Made by a program: the position numbers and the translations under genes
The notes under the pieces: model-generated
The model's input: only the letters and a program-made list of their open reading frames with translations
The model's database searches: none
Told to the model about the DNA's origin: nothing
Virus record (IMG/VR): IMGVR_UViG_3300029705_000023
Span: 1 to 45,562 of that record
DNA from: a virus
Lineage: Duplodnaviria; Heunggongvirae; Uroviricota; Caudoviricetes
Length of the DNA: 45,562 bases
Reading direction: 5' to 3' (one strand)
Shown: piece by piece, positions 28,449 through 38,070 of the stretch
Layout of the letters: each line of letters opens with the position of its first letter
How positions within the stretch are numbered: the first letter of the stretch is position 1

Positions 28449-30054
28449 AGTTTTGATCGCGGTGAAGCATCTGATCCGCCTGCCGGTTCTGTATCAGACG
28501 TATGCTTCCCTTTTGAAGGATACCTGTTTTAAGGTGCCCCGCGATGGAATCTATCAGGGAGACAACTATGAGGAGCTGCCGCTTCTGTACCTGTGGCAGG
28601 CACTGAAAAGGTACTATCAGGAGCAGGAGACTTCGGAAGCTCCGACTCGAGGGCTGATGGAGTACTATCTGCGGGAGGTCCTGCGGGATGTATTCGTAGA
28701 CGAGGATCTCGAGTTCAAGCTGGTACAGGACAGGGATCCGGAAAGCGGTTTTCTGGCGTATGTCTTTGACGACGAGGACGAGCTGAACACGGTGATCGGA
28801 ACATCGCTCATGCGCCGGTTCCTTGAGGACCGTGTCGTGACGAGCGGTCTGTATGCGCTTCGATCTTTTCAGGAGGAAGAGGCGCTTACGGATAAGCTGG
28901 AGTCGTTGGCGGAGCAGGCGCGGATGATCCAGACTGCCGGTACGACGGACAGTGCGGAACTGCCGTTTACGGACGAGTTCTTTGACTCGCTTCCTGAGGA
29001 GACGCCGCGGCAGCCTACCGGGGTTCCGTATCTTGACCGGGCGCTTGGCGGAGGTGAAGCTCCGGGAGAGTGCTATTGTGTCATGGGGGCTACCGGCGCG
29101 GGAAAAACGACTTTCGCGGTCAGCACCGCCGTCAGCTGTGCCCGGCAGTCTTTCGCGGAGTCCTGCCGAACGGGTGCGGCGCCTCAGCTGGTCCTGTACT
29201 ACACCTATGAGGAGAATCGGGATGCACAGCTGCGGAGGTTTCTCTCCTCGGGAGCCAGTATCCGGCGGGACCGGATCTCGATCTCCCGGGACGCGGATCA
29301 TGGGATTATTCGTCCGGTCTCCACCGGGATGAACAACGCCTATGAGTATGAGCTGCGCCGCTGGCCGAACGGCATCACACAGTTTGAGCGGGAGCGGTAC
29401 AATCAGTTCAGTCAGATCGCCAACAAGACGATCCGGATCAGAAACTTTTCCGGTGTTCCGGACCTGACGGATACTCCGGAGAGTGCCGCGGTCAAGCGAA
29501 AGATGGGCTGCGGCGGTGTCATGGAGATCCTGATGGACGCCCGGCGTATTCAGGAACAGTGCGGAACAACGATCCGGTCGATCTTCATTGACTATATCGG
29601 TCTGCTGTGCATGCGGCAGGCGAATTACAACAATGACGAGTACTATGGACGGCTGAAGTCCATCGGCGACGAGCTTCGCATGAAGCTGGCCGGGGAACTG
29701 AACTGTGCGGTCTGGGTCATGCACCAGCTTTCCGGTGTGGCGAACAGCTACTCACCTCTTCGCAAGCCTTCGCTTGCAGATGGTGAAGGCTGCAAGAGCC
29801 TGCCGGTAAACATGCAGCTGTGTCTTGTTCTGGGGGTTCCGGACGGGGCGCAGCGCAGAGGCTGCGGAGGACCCCGGCTTTATTGTGTTGCGGCAAAGCA
29901 GCGCAACGCCGGGTGCACAGACATGCGGGACGGGATCATTCTTCAGCATGATGAGGATTTCGTTCGGCTGAATGAAGTTACGTCGCAGTTCCGTCCGAAT
30001 CCGCGTCTTCGCGGGTTTGAGCGGAGAGGCAATGATCGGGCTGAAATGCTTTAG
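28435..30054 (+). CDS. dnaB: DnaB-like replicative helicase
   Basis: PTGVPYLDRALGGG, GATGAGKT, YTYEE, IFIDYIG, VMHQL. SD GGAGG. Confidence 0.8.
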   Translation: MEIIEVLIAVKHLIRLPVLYQTYASLLKDTCFKVPRDGIYQGDNYEELPLLYLWQALKRYYQEQETSEAPTRGLMEYYLREVLRDVFVDEDLEFKLVQDRDPESGFLAYVFDDEDELNTVIGTSLMRRFLEDRVVTSGLYALRSFQEEEALTDKLESLAEQARMIQTAGTTDSAELPFTDEFFDSLPEETPRQPTGVPYLDRALGGGEAPGECYCVMGATGAGKTTFAVSTAVSCARQSFAESCRTGAAPQLVLYYTYEENRDAQLRRFLSSGASIRRDRISISRDADHGIIRPVSTGMNNAYEYELRRWPNGITQFERERYNQFSQIANKTIRIRNFSGVPDLTDTPESAAVKRKMGCGGVMEILMDARRIQEQCGTTIRSIFIDYIGLLCMRQANYNNDEYYGRLKSIGDELRMKLAGELNCAVWVMHQLSGVANSYSPLRKPSLADGEGCKSLPVNMQLCLVLGVPDGAQRRGCGGPRLYCVAAKQRNAGCTDMRDGIILQHDEDFVRLNEVTSQFRPNPRLRGFERRGNDRAEML

Positions 30055-30062
30055 GAGGACCT

Positions 30063-31118
30063 ATGCAAAATCCCAGACTGTATCTGAAGCTGCAGGAACT
30101 TTTTGGTGAGGTTCGTGTAGCCCGGGCGGGAGAGACGGGTGATCCTCCTGAGGTTTATAAAGATCCGGTAACAGGCAAATGGTTTACCCGCTATGTTACG
30201 GGAATGAATCATGGGGAGGAGTATCATGTCTGCTGCCCGTTCTGTCAGGATACCGGCTTTCACCTGTATATTAATCACCAGTACGGGCTGAGTGATCCGT
30301 ATGGCAACGCGATCCGGCTTGCGAACTGCTATCACAAATGTCTTGAGAAACCGGAAAACCGAAACCGGCTTTTTCAGGATGTCGCGGTAGCTTATCGGAC
30401 ACAGCCTGTCAACATGGCGCTTGCGAAGAAACTTCAGAAGACGCCGCCTCCGGCGGTGGTGCGTCCGGTGCCGGTGCTGGAAAATGTTCGGCTTCTGTCG
30501 GATCTTCCTCCCGAACATTCGGCAAATCAGTATTTATTGTCCAGGGGTTTTGATCTTTCTATTGCGAAAACGTTTCAGCTTGGTTATTACGAGAATGAGA
30601 GGGCGTCGTCTGTCATCGAGAAGATGGCGAACGGACGGCTGATCATTCCGATCTGTCAGGGTCACGTTCAGGTGGGCTGGCAGGCCAGAAAAATTTCAGA
30701 CAGTGCGAGAGGGCCGAAGTATTTCACTTCACCCGGATTGTCTGTCGGAAGCGTTTTGTACAATTTTGACGCGGCCCGGAAGGGAGCATACGTGGTGCTC
30801 ACAGAAGGGGTCGCGGATGTATGGCGGATAGGAGATCCTGCCGTATGTCTTTTTGGGAAGGCATTATCCCTTGGTCAGAAAAGTCTGATCCTGAAAGAGT
30901 TGAGCGGCAAAAAGATAGTGGTTATGTTAGACCGTGACGCGGAAGCGGACGGGAATCGTATCGTGCAGCAGCTGCGGAATGCAGGTGCGGCAGATGTTCA
31001 ATTTCTGGGGATACCTGAAGGATATAACGATCCTGGTGAAACTCCGCCATACATGCTGGAAACCTTTATTAAGGAGAAGCTGTATGGAAAATCGAGTGAC
31101 TCTGGAACAGGTCTATGA
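30063..31118 (+). CDS. dnaG: DNA primase (Zn finger + TOPRIM)
   Basis: CPFCQD..H, YLLSRG, GWQARK, PKY, LTEGVADV, LDRD, DPGE. Confidence 0.88.
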   Translation: MQNPRLYLKLQELFGEVRVARAGETGDPPEVYKDPVTGKWFTRYVTGMNHGEEYHVCCPFCQDTGFHLYINHQYGLSDPYGNAIRLANCYHKCLEKPENRNRLFQDVAVAYRTQPVNMALAKKLQKTPPPAVVRPVPVLENVRLLSDLPPEHSANQYLLSRGFDLSIAKTFQLGYYENERASSVIEKMANGRLIIPICQGHVQVGWQARKISDSARGPKYFTSPGLSVGSVLYNFDAARKGAYVVLTEGVADVWRIGDPAVCLFGKALSLGQKSLILKELSGKKIVVMLDRDAEADGNRIVQQLRNAGAADVQFLGIPEGYNDPGETPPYMLETFIKEKLYGKSSDSGTGL

Positions 31119-31620
31119 AGCGTATCACAAAATGAAGTGGTGCATTTTCAGGCAGGGGATCCCGTATCTTCCGCCGTGGATGGATGCGGAGGACCTCTGG
31201 CAGGACATTCTGCTTGACGGCCTGAAACGGGTGCCGGAGCTTTACCGCCCGGAACTCGCGGAATTGACCACCTACGTGACGTATCGGGGCATCTACTTCC
31301 TGAGGAACTTCCGAACAAAGCGGAGCCGGAGGAAGATCAGTTTCCTGCCGTTGAATATAGACTATGAACCGGAAGGTGAAGAACCGCTCAACGTGCCGGA
31401 TTATAAAAAGATGCTCTTTCAGATGTCTGCCGTGCTCAGACCGAACATGCGCATCATTCTTCGCTGTAAATGCAGCGGGATGACAGATGATGCGATCGGT
31501 GTGAGGCTGGGCGTCAGCCGTCAGAGGGTCGATCAGTTGTTCCACAGAGCGATCGCGGAGATCCAGAGTCAGTTTGACCAGAAGAAAGTTGACAAATTGG
31601 AAGAAGAAGCAACGTTCTGA
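31084..31620 (+). CDS. phage sigma70-family sigma factor
   Basis: Region 2-like AEDLWQD...LTTYV and region 4 HTH GMTDDAIGVRLGVSRQRVDQL. Confidence 0.8.
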   Translation: MENRVTLEQVYEAYHKMKWCIFRQGIPYLPPWMDAEDLWQDILLDGLKRVPELYRPELAELTTYVTYRGIYFLRNFRTKRSRRKISFLPLNIDYEPEGEEPLNVPDYKKMLFQMSAVLRPNMRIILRCKCSGMTDDAIGVRLGVSRQRVDQLFHRAIAEIQSQFDQKKVDKLEEEATF

Positions 31621-31630
31621 TTCCGTTGAC

Positions 31631-31660
31631 AGGCACCTGTTTCGGCGGGTGCCTTTATTT
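31631..31660 (+). terminator. rho-independent terminator
   Basis: AGGCACCTG-TTCGG...CGGGTGCCT followed by TTATTT. Confidence 0.65.
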
Positions 31661-31677
31661 ATGGAGCTATTAATAAC

Positions 31678-31941
31678 ATGATATATTGTCTTTCCTTATG
31701 GGAAAAAGAGAGAACGCCGGAAGATCTGGCGCGGGAATGGCAGCAGGCAGGAGATTCCGGGTACATTCCGGAAATGGCTGCCGCGGTGCTGGAGCACGGT
31801 TACTGCTACCGGCTTCGGGATCCGCCGGTCGTTCATCTATTTCCGACGAAACGTCTTCTGAAAAGGTGGCTGAAAGATAACGGATGCCCGGAAGACACGT
31901 TGTTTGAGAAAGTTTATTTTCAGGAAGAAAATGTACCATAG
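31678..31941 (+). CDS. hypothetical protein
   Basis: SD GGAG; overlaps the polA start. Confidence 0.55.
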   Translation: MIYCLSLWEKERTPEDLAREWQQAGDSGYIPEMAAAVLEHGYCYRLRDPPVVHLFPTKRLLKRWLKDNGCPEDTLFEKVYFQEENVP

Positions 31942-34900
31942 ATTCCACATTGATGAGGCTCTGGCGGCGGTTTCCGAGATCACGCCGGAGCTTGAAATGT
32001 CTTTGGAGCAGTCGGGTGAGACGCTGCCGGACTTTATTCGCAGGCAGCTGTACACGGAGGAGTCTCCAGACGTAATTGTCAGCAGAAAAGGGAAGTCTCA
32101 GCGCCGCGGCTGGAAGCAGGGGCACCATTTGGATCCTGCTTTCGGAAAGCGGATCGTGGAAGCACAGGTCATGGTCCTGCCGTATGCCCCGCTTGAGGCG
32201 GATTTCTTCTGTATGCCGCAGACGGAGATCTGGCAGGAGCAGCAGGCAGCCTATTCTCTCTGGGACCGGCTGTCTCCCATGCTGGAGCAGGAAGGATTTA
32301 CAGATTGGGAAAGCTGGTACCTTACGTTCCTGGTCAAGTACACCGAGTTCGAAGGGGTAGACCGGATGACGGCGAAAGATGAGCGGGCATGCCGGTTTAT
32401 TTTGGAACAGGAGCTGAAGAGAGTACGTCCGGAGTACATTCTGGCACTGGGGACGCGTTCCCTTTTGTATTTTCTTGGGAAGACTTCTGCCAAAGCGGAG
32501 TCGGTCGTGGCGAATCAGTATCGTGTCCAGTACGAATGTGCGGACGGCACACAGCTGTCGTTTACGATCATTTGTGCTCCTTCTCCGAAGCAGATCCTGG
32601 ATCCGCGTGACGGACGTCTTTACGGGCTGCTTCTTCAGAGACAGCTGAAAGTACTGCACGCCTGTCTGGATCCGTCGGTTGCCGGGGAGGTCCGTAAAAC
32701 AGACTACCATTTCGTGCGGACGGCGGAGGAGCTTCGACCGCTTGTGAAGGCGATCAAGGACGCGGCTAAGAAAGATCCGAAACGGCGTGTGATCGCGGTT
32801 GACCTTGAATGGGAGGGAGAGTATCCGGAGGAAGACGGAGCGTATCTTCTGACGGTCCAGTTCTCTTCCCGGCCGGGTGAAGCAGTCGTTGCGGTCTTTA
32901 ATGAAGGACCGCCTCTGGGAACTTCCGAAGATGACAAGCGGAAAACGGCGTTGAAGGGGGAGCTGAAGAAGCTGCTCCTTCCCTCGAAGAGCTGGAGACC
33001 GCGGGTAGGGGGGCACTTCCTTCGTGCGGACATGCCCTGGCTTCTTCATCTGGGGTTGGTCGAGCGGGATTCCGCGACGAAAAAGATCAAGCGTTCCATT
33101 CTGGATTCGTATGCTGCGCCGGATGAGGAGCTGACGCCGGAGGGGGAACCCTTGTGTAAGTATGAAGGCGGCTGGGATACGTCCCTGATGTATCATGCCT
33201 TTGATGAAAAGGACTCCTACGGTCTGAAGTATCTCGTCGGGAAAGAGCTTGGATTTCCGCAGTGGGATATTCCTTTGACTGATTACATTGCGGAACTGAA
33301 GGCGCGGGATCGAAGTTTCAAACTGAGGGGCTACGGCTGTATCCCTCCGGAGATCCTGCATCCTTATGCGGCGCAGGATGCGGACTACACGAGAACGCTG
33401 GCAGAGCTTTGCATGTTCGGACTGGACGGCAGGCCTGCGCTTCTGGATGAAGATGCTTTTGGGAATCCGTCATGGAGACCTTATTGGCTGGCACACAGGG
33501 CGAGTCTCGGTTTCTTTGAGATCGAGTACTACGGACTTCTTCTGGACCGCGGACGGTATCGGCAGCTCTCTGAGGACTTCCGGTACGTTGCTGATATTCT
33601 TCTGGAAGAGCTTCGCCGCAGGATCAACTGGCCGGAATTTAACCCGGCGAGTACGCTGCACAGGCAGGCGATCCTGTTCAGTGCGCAGGATGTTCCGGCG
33701 CTGGCTGGTGTGCTCCCGGAAGGTGCGGTTTGTCAGAATCTGGCTCCGGTCTACGATTCCAAATACAAACAGCTGTGGGAACAGCTTGAGGATCTGGGGG
33801 AAGCGAATCCGTCTACGGATAAGAACGTGCTGGATATGCTGGCGCGTATCAATCCGGTCGCGCAGCTTTTGAAAGACATCTGCAAGCTGACGCATACACT
33901 TGGGAGTGTCTTGAGTGAGTTCAAACTGGAAGAGGACCTGATCGGCGACCACACGCTCTATAAGAAAGGGCATTTTCAGTTTCTGAGGACAGACGGGCGC
34001 ATTCATTCGCATATGCGCCAGCTGCTGGCTACTGGGCGTTCTGCTTCCAGTCGTCCGAACCTGCAGAATCTGGGAAAGTCCGCGGAGGTAGAGTACGCCC
34101 GGATCCTGGGTACCCAGGAGAAGGACGGCACCTTGTCAGGGGCTTATCTGGATGTACTTGGGGACGCCTGCTACAGGTACCCTGTCCGTACGATCTACAA
34201 GGCGGCGGAGGACTATATCCTGATGGAAGCGGACTTGACAGGTGCCGAGCTGGCGACGATGGCGTGGATCTCGCAGGATCCCAACATGATGGAGCACGTG
34301 CGAAGAAATATCCTGCCGGAGTCGGATCCGGACTTCTACGATATTCACTCGCACATTGCCGTACAGGCGTTCCGGCTGGACTGTGAACCTACCAAGAAAG
34401 GTCTGGCGGCGGTAGGCAAGAAGCATCTGCGGATCGCGGCGAAGGCCGTGGCTTTTGGTATTCCTTATGGGCGCGGTGCGAAAGCGATCGCGTTCCAATG
34501 CCGGACACAGGGGATCGACTTGTCCAAAAGTGAGGCGGAGGGGATCATTCAGACCTATTTTGATATGTATCCCAGGACACGCACTTTTCTGGACACCTGC
34601 AAGGCTTCGGTACGGAAGCCCGGCTATGTCGAGACGCTGTACGGCAGAAAGCGAAGGTTTCATTATACGTCGGTGACGGATGATGAGACGGAGCACAAGA
34701 TGGGACGTGAGTTCTGCAATGCTCCCATTCAGGGGACGGTCGCGGACAGTATCAACGTCGCCATCTTCAATCTTCTGAAGGCGCGGAGGGAAGATCCGGC
34801 ATTGGATTTCCGCATCGTGATGCAGATCCACGACGCGCTTCTTCTGGAGGTGCATAAAGACTCTGTTCTGAAAGTCTACCGGGAGGTTTTTCCCAACGCG

Positions 34901-35038
34901 ATGGTTCGGGATAATCCGGTATTGGTCGGCGGAACGGAGTATCGATTCGGTATCGAGCAGGATCTTTACAAGCACTGGGGCGTTGCGCTTTCGGAAGAGG
35001 AAGCGAATGCACTTGGATTTTCACTGGAGGATCTTTGA
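31931..35038 (+). CDS. polA: family A DNA polymerase with N-terminal UDG-like domain and 3'-5' exonuclease
   Basis: AVDLE and YAAQDAD (exonuclease); TGRSASSRPNLQN, ADLTGAEL, RIAAKAVAFGIPYG, NAPIQG, QIHDALL (polymerase); ELKRVRPEYILALG (UDG-4 fold). Confidence 0.92.
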   Translation: MYHRFHIDEALAAVSEITPELEMSLEQSGETLPDFIRRQLYTEESPDVIVSRKGKSQRRGWKQGHHLDPAFGKRIVEAQVMVLPYAPLEADFFCMPQTEIWQEQQAAYSLWDRLSPMLEQEGFTDWESWYLTFLVKYTEFEGVDRMTAKDERACRFILEQELKRVRPEYILALGTRSLLYFLGKTSAKAESVVANQYRVQYECADGTQLSFTIICAPSPKQILDPRDGRLYGLLLQRQLKVLHACLDPSVAGEVRKTDYHFVRTAEELRPLVKAIKDAAKKDPKRRVIAVDLEWEGEYPEEDGAYLLTVQFSSRPGEAVVAVFNEGPPLGTSEDDKRKTALKGELKKLLLPSKSWRPRVGGHFLRADMPWLLHLGLVERDSATKKIKRSILDSYAAPDEELTPEGEPLCKYEGGWDTSLMYHAFDEKDSYGLKYLVGKELGFPQWDIPLTDYIAELKARDRSFKLRGYGCIPPEILHPYAAQDADYTRTLAELCMFGLDGRPALLDEDAFGNPSWRPYWLAHRASLGFFEIEYYGLLLDRGRYRQLSEDFRYVADILLEELRRRINWPEFNPASTLHRQAILFSAQDVPALAGVLPEGAVCQNLAPVYDSKYKQLWEQLEDLGEANPSTDKNVLDMLARINPVAQLLKDICKLTHTLGSVLSEFKLEEDLIGDHTLYKKGHFQFLRTDGRIHSHMRQLLATGRSASSRPNLQNLGKSAEVEYARILGTQEKDGTLSGAYLDVLGDACYRYPVRTIYKAAEDYILMEADLTGAELATMAWISQDPNMMEHVRRNILPESDPDFYDIHSHIAVQAFRLDCEPTKKGLAAVGKKHLRIAAKAVAFGIPYGRGAKAIAFQCRTQGIDLSKSEAEGIIQTYFDMYPRTRTFLDTCKASVRKPGYVETLYGRKRRFHYTSVTDDETEHKMGREFCNAPIQGTVADSINVAIFNLLKARREDPALDFRIVMQIHDALLLEVHKDSVLKVYREVFPNAMVRDNPVLVGGTEYRFGIEQDLYKHWGVALSEEEANALGFSLEDL

Positions 35039-35445
35039 TGAATCTGAGGAAACTTTTGGAGCTGATCGCGTTTCTGCCGGCGATACCGGAGGATCTCGTG
35101 CTCATCTCGGAAGAAGGAGACCAGATCTCCATAAAGGACTTTCTGGAGTCTGACTGGAAAGCGGGATTCCGCCGCAAAGATCAGTCTGTAGAGGTTCCCG
35201 GCAGCATAGCGGATCTTCAGGCACAGCTGGTCGAAGAGTCCCGGGAGGCGGAAGAGGAGGGGACGAGCGTATCGTCTTTCTCCGCGGATGACCTTCTGGG
35301 ACTGGACGGCAGGATCTCTGCAATGGGCGTTTTGGTAATAAACCGCACCTTGACAGAAATGGTCCTGGCGTTACAAAACTATAGTGTATCCGCCGAAGCG
35401 GAGAATTTTATTAATCAACTTAACAAGGAGAATGAAAATGAGTAG
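35035..35445 (+). CDS. hypothetical acidic protein
   Basis: Overlaps the polA stop; in operon. Confidence 0.55.
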   Translation: MMNLRKLLELIAFLPAIPEDLVLISEEGDQISIKDFLESDWKAGFRRKDQSVEVPGSIADLQAQLVEESREAEEEGTSVSSFSADDLLGLDGRISAMGVLVINRTLTEMVLALQNYSVSAEAENFINQLNKENENE

Positions 35446-36673
35446 ACAATTCGTTTACAGTACGAAAAGATCAACGGTCACTAGCATGGATTCAAACGAT
35501 CAGAGCAATTCCTTCCTGCTGAAAAGCGGAAGGCTCGTGCGTCCCGGCTGGAACAGTAATAATCCGTCCGTGTTCCGTCTTCTGGACGGTCTGAATGAAT
35601 CTGACGGCTGTCGTTCGTTCAGTACCTGCACGGTGCAGACGGAAGACGGTTACGATTTTGGAACATGGGTCCAGCAGGCACGGGCGGCGCTGTTCGCTTT
35701 TGAGGAAAAAGTATCATTCATTCTCAATACATCTCCGGAAGAGGAGACGCTGACTTATCGGAATGGTCCGTATGTTCGTCTGTATAACGCCATGAAGAAG
35801 TACGCCGAGGGCGACAGAGCCATTGGCTACTACATGAAAATGACAGACAAGAACAACAAAGATCGTCTGCTCCCCGATCCTGCGATGGTGACATTTTCAC
35901 CGGTGATTACATACTATCGCAATGACAAGGAAGTCAGTCTGGACAACCTCTATGGTTTGGACATTCTGATGATCAAACGCTCTCTGTTTGAGCTGATCAG
36001 TAACAAGATGAACCAGAGCTGGCGCGGTCCTGTCGAAGAGATCATGGACCTGACGGATCCGGCGGACGGGCATTTCCTCGTGATCTGGAATAAGAGCAAG
36101 CGGACGCCGGACGGGATCTCCCCGGAAGAGATCATGTCCCAGCAAGGCAGTTTCGGCTACAATCTGGCCTTGCCGAAACGTCATCCGATCCTTCATTGCT
36201 ATTACGACGGCATGTCCGCGGCAGTGTCACAGGAACTGCAGGACTGGTACGCGACGCAGATCCGTCCGTGGAAGGACACGATCCACTATATGTCCCACGA
36301 GGAACAGATGGGGATCCTGAACCGCTTTGCTCCGGGTCAGCCCATGCTGTATGCCTTCCGGGGCACGGAGTATGAGTCCATGCTGACGGATGATGTGAAG
36401 CGCCGCGCGGAATCGGAACCGAAACTGGTTCAGGAGCAGGTCTACCCGACGGCTTCCTATCAGCAGGCTCCGGTCCAGCGTACTCCGATGCCGATCCAGC
36501 AGCCTGTTATTAATAACGGGTTTGAGGACCTCGCGGATGATTTCGAGCCGATCCAGGAAGAGGCTCCGGCACCGCGTCTGCGCCGTTCTCCGGTCGGGCC
36601 GGCTCCGAGTACGGTGTCCTCGGTGATGGATTCCGCGATGGAAAGGGTTGACAATAATGCCATTCCGTTTTAA
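35438..36673 (+). CDS. putative single-stranded DNA-binding protein
   Basis: Lies between polA and recA; Pro/acidic flexible tail ending in IPF; SD AAGGAG. Confidence 0.45.
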   Translation: MSRQFVYSTKRSTVTSMDSNDQSNSFLLKSGRLVRPGWNSNNPSVFRLLDGLNESDGCRSFSTCTVQTEDGYDFGTWVQQARAALFAFEEKVSFILNTSPEEETLTYRNGPYVRLYNAMKKYAEGDRAIGYYMKMTDKNNKDRLLPDPAMVTFSPVITYYRNDKEVSLDNLYGLDILMIKRSLFELISNKMNQSWRGPVEEIMDLTDPADGHFLVIWNKSKRTPDGISPEEIMSQQGSFGYNLALPKRHPILHCYYDGMSAAVSQELQDWYATQIRPWKDTIHYMSHEEQMGILNRFAPGQPMLYAFRGTEYESMLTDDVKRRAESEPKLVQEQVYPTASYQQAPVQRTPMPIQQPVINNGFEDLADDFEPIQEEAPAPRLRRSPVGPAPSTVSSVMDSAMERVDNNAIPF

Positions 36674-36695
36674 TACCTAAGCAGCTTTGGGTTCG

Positions 36696-36729
36696 GCACT
36701 GGGCTTCATCAGGCTCAGTGCCTTTTTAT
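36696..36729 (+). terminator. rho-independent terminator
   Basis: GGCACTGGGC...GCTCAGTGCC followed by TTTTT. Confidence 0.7.
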
Positions 36730-36741
36730 TGGAGAGATTTT

Positions 36742-38070
36742 ATGGCAAAAAAGAAGACATTTTCACTGGAATCGGCCAGTGCGATGGATTGCGTAAGTGC
36801 ACTCCGATCCGCACTTTCGGTGAAGGATTCCGGCAGGTCCGTGATGGATCTGAGCAGTCACCGATCGTTTGTTGGGGTCCCGATCCCGTCGATCGCGGTG
36901 CAGTGGGTGCTGAATTCCAATGTGCTGCCGTTAGGGCGCATGGTGGAATTCGCCGGTGCTCCGGAGTGCTGCAAGAGCACCTTTCTGTATGAGGTCATGG
37001 GCTGGTTTCTCCGGCAGGGCGGACACGTTGTGCTGGTGGAAACGGAACAAAAAGACAATTCACAGATCCGGCATGCGGTACTTAAGTATGATGCAGACGG
37101 TATTTCCCGTGTTGTGGTCAAACAGAGTCTGTCCTATGAGGAATGGGTCGAGGCGTTGAAAGATGCGTCTCTGTTTTATGCGGAATGGCAGAAAACACAC
37201 GGTGAGCAGTTTCCGGTCCTGTTCTGCATCGACAGTCTGGCGGCTGCTCCGCAGGACAAGCGAATTGCGGAGATGAAGGAAAACGGGCATACCAACGTAG
37301 GCTACGGGGGCATCGCCCGTGCTTTGAGTCAGGACCTTCAGACGTTTTCGTCGATCCAGGCGGGTCATCCATTCACCTTCGCCTTCACGAACCACTTGAA
37401 ACAGTCCATGAATTCGATGGGGCTTCCGACGGAGTATCGCTCTGGTGGAAAAGCTCCGGAATTTTACGAGTCGGTGTCTTTTCGGTTCGCTCCGGCACCG
37501 CAGACGAGGTTCACTAAAATGGACTGCGCCGGGAGAAAGCTGCGCCTGAGCACTTCGAAGAACTCGATCGGACCGACGAAGCGCGAGGTAGAGATCCTCG
37601 TCTACTTCCGCAACCTTCCGAATCCGAACTATGATCCGACGGACGCGTATTCCGATCGGTATCTGCTGGATGTCTCGTTCGATTGGGGGGAAGTGGACAT
37701 TAAATTCCTGACGGCTATCTGTAATGGAGGCCGTGACGAATTCAGCGCTCCCAGAAGGAGGTTGTTTTCGGAGCTTCTGGATCTCCATGTGGTTTCCAAA
37801 AAGAACTCCCCGACCTGGGTCTGGTCTTCCGTATTGGGGGTTCCGGAGTCGGATCCCGTCTCGTTTAGTGAGGCTGGGAAACTTCTGATGGCGAATGAGG
37901 ATCTTCTTCGCCGTCTTCAGGAAGAGCTGTATATCCAGCGCCGGCCTGTGTTTGGTGCGGGTGACAATTATGATGAAATGATGGACGCGTTTACTCGTTC
38001 CAGTGAGGAACGCGCGATCGCCTTGAATAACAGAAACTATATTGAAAACAGGGAAAATGACAATGAGTAG
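36742..38070 (+). CDS. recA: RecA/UvsX-like recombinase
   Basis: LPLGRMVEFAGAPECCKST, VETE, IDSLAA, FTNHL, SGGKAPEFY, KN. Confidence 0.85.
   Translation: MAKKKTFSLESASAMDCVSALRSALSVKDSGRSVMDLSSHRSFVGVPIPSIAVQWVLNSNVLPLGRMVEFAGAPECCKSTFLYEVMGWFLRQGGHVVLVETEQKDNSQIRHAVLKYDADGISRVVVKQSLSYEEWVEALKDASLFYAEWQKTHGEQFPVLFCIDSLAAAPQDKRIAEMKENGHTNVGYGGIARALSQDLQTFSSIQAGHPFTFAFTNHLKQSMNSMGLPTEYRSGGKAPEFYESVSFRFAPAPQTRFTKMDCAGRKLRLSTSKNSIGPTKREVEILVYFRNLPNPNYDPTDAYSDRYLLDVSFDWGEVDIKFLTAICNGGRDEFSAPRRRLFSELLDLHVVSKKNSPTWVWSSVLGVPESDPVSFSEAGKLLMANEDLLRRLQEELYIQRRPVFGAGDNYDEMMDAFTRSSEERAIALNNRNYIENRENDNE

Noticed and set aside
19225-35038. Inteins or self-splicing introns in terL, helicases or polA
   Set aside because: Motifs are contiguous, sizes are normal, and no intein termini or homing-endonuclease motifs were seen.
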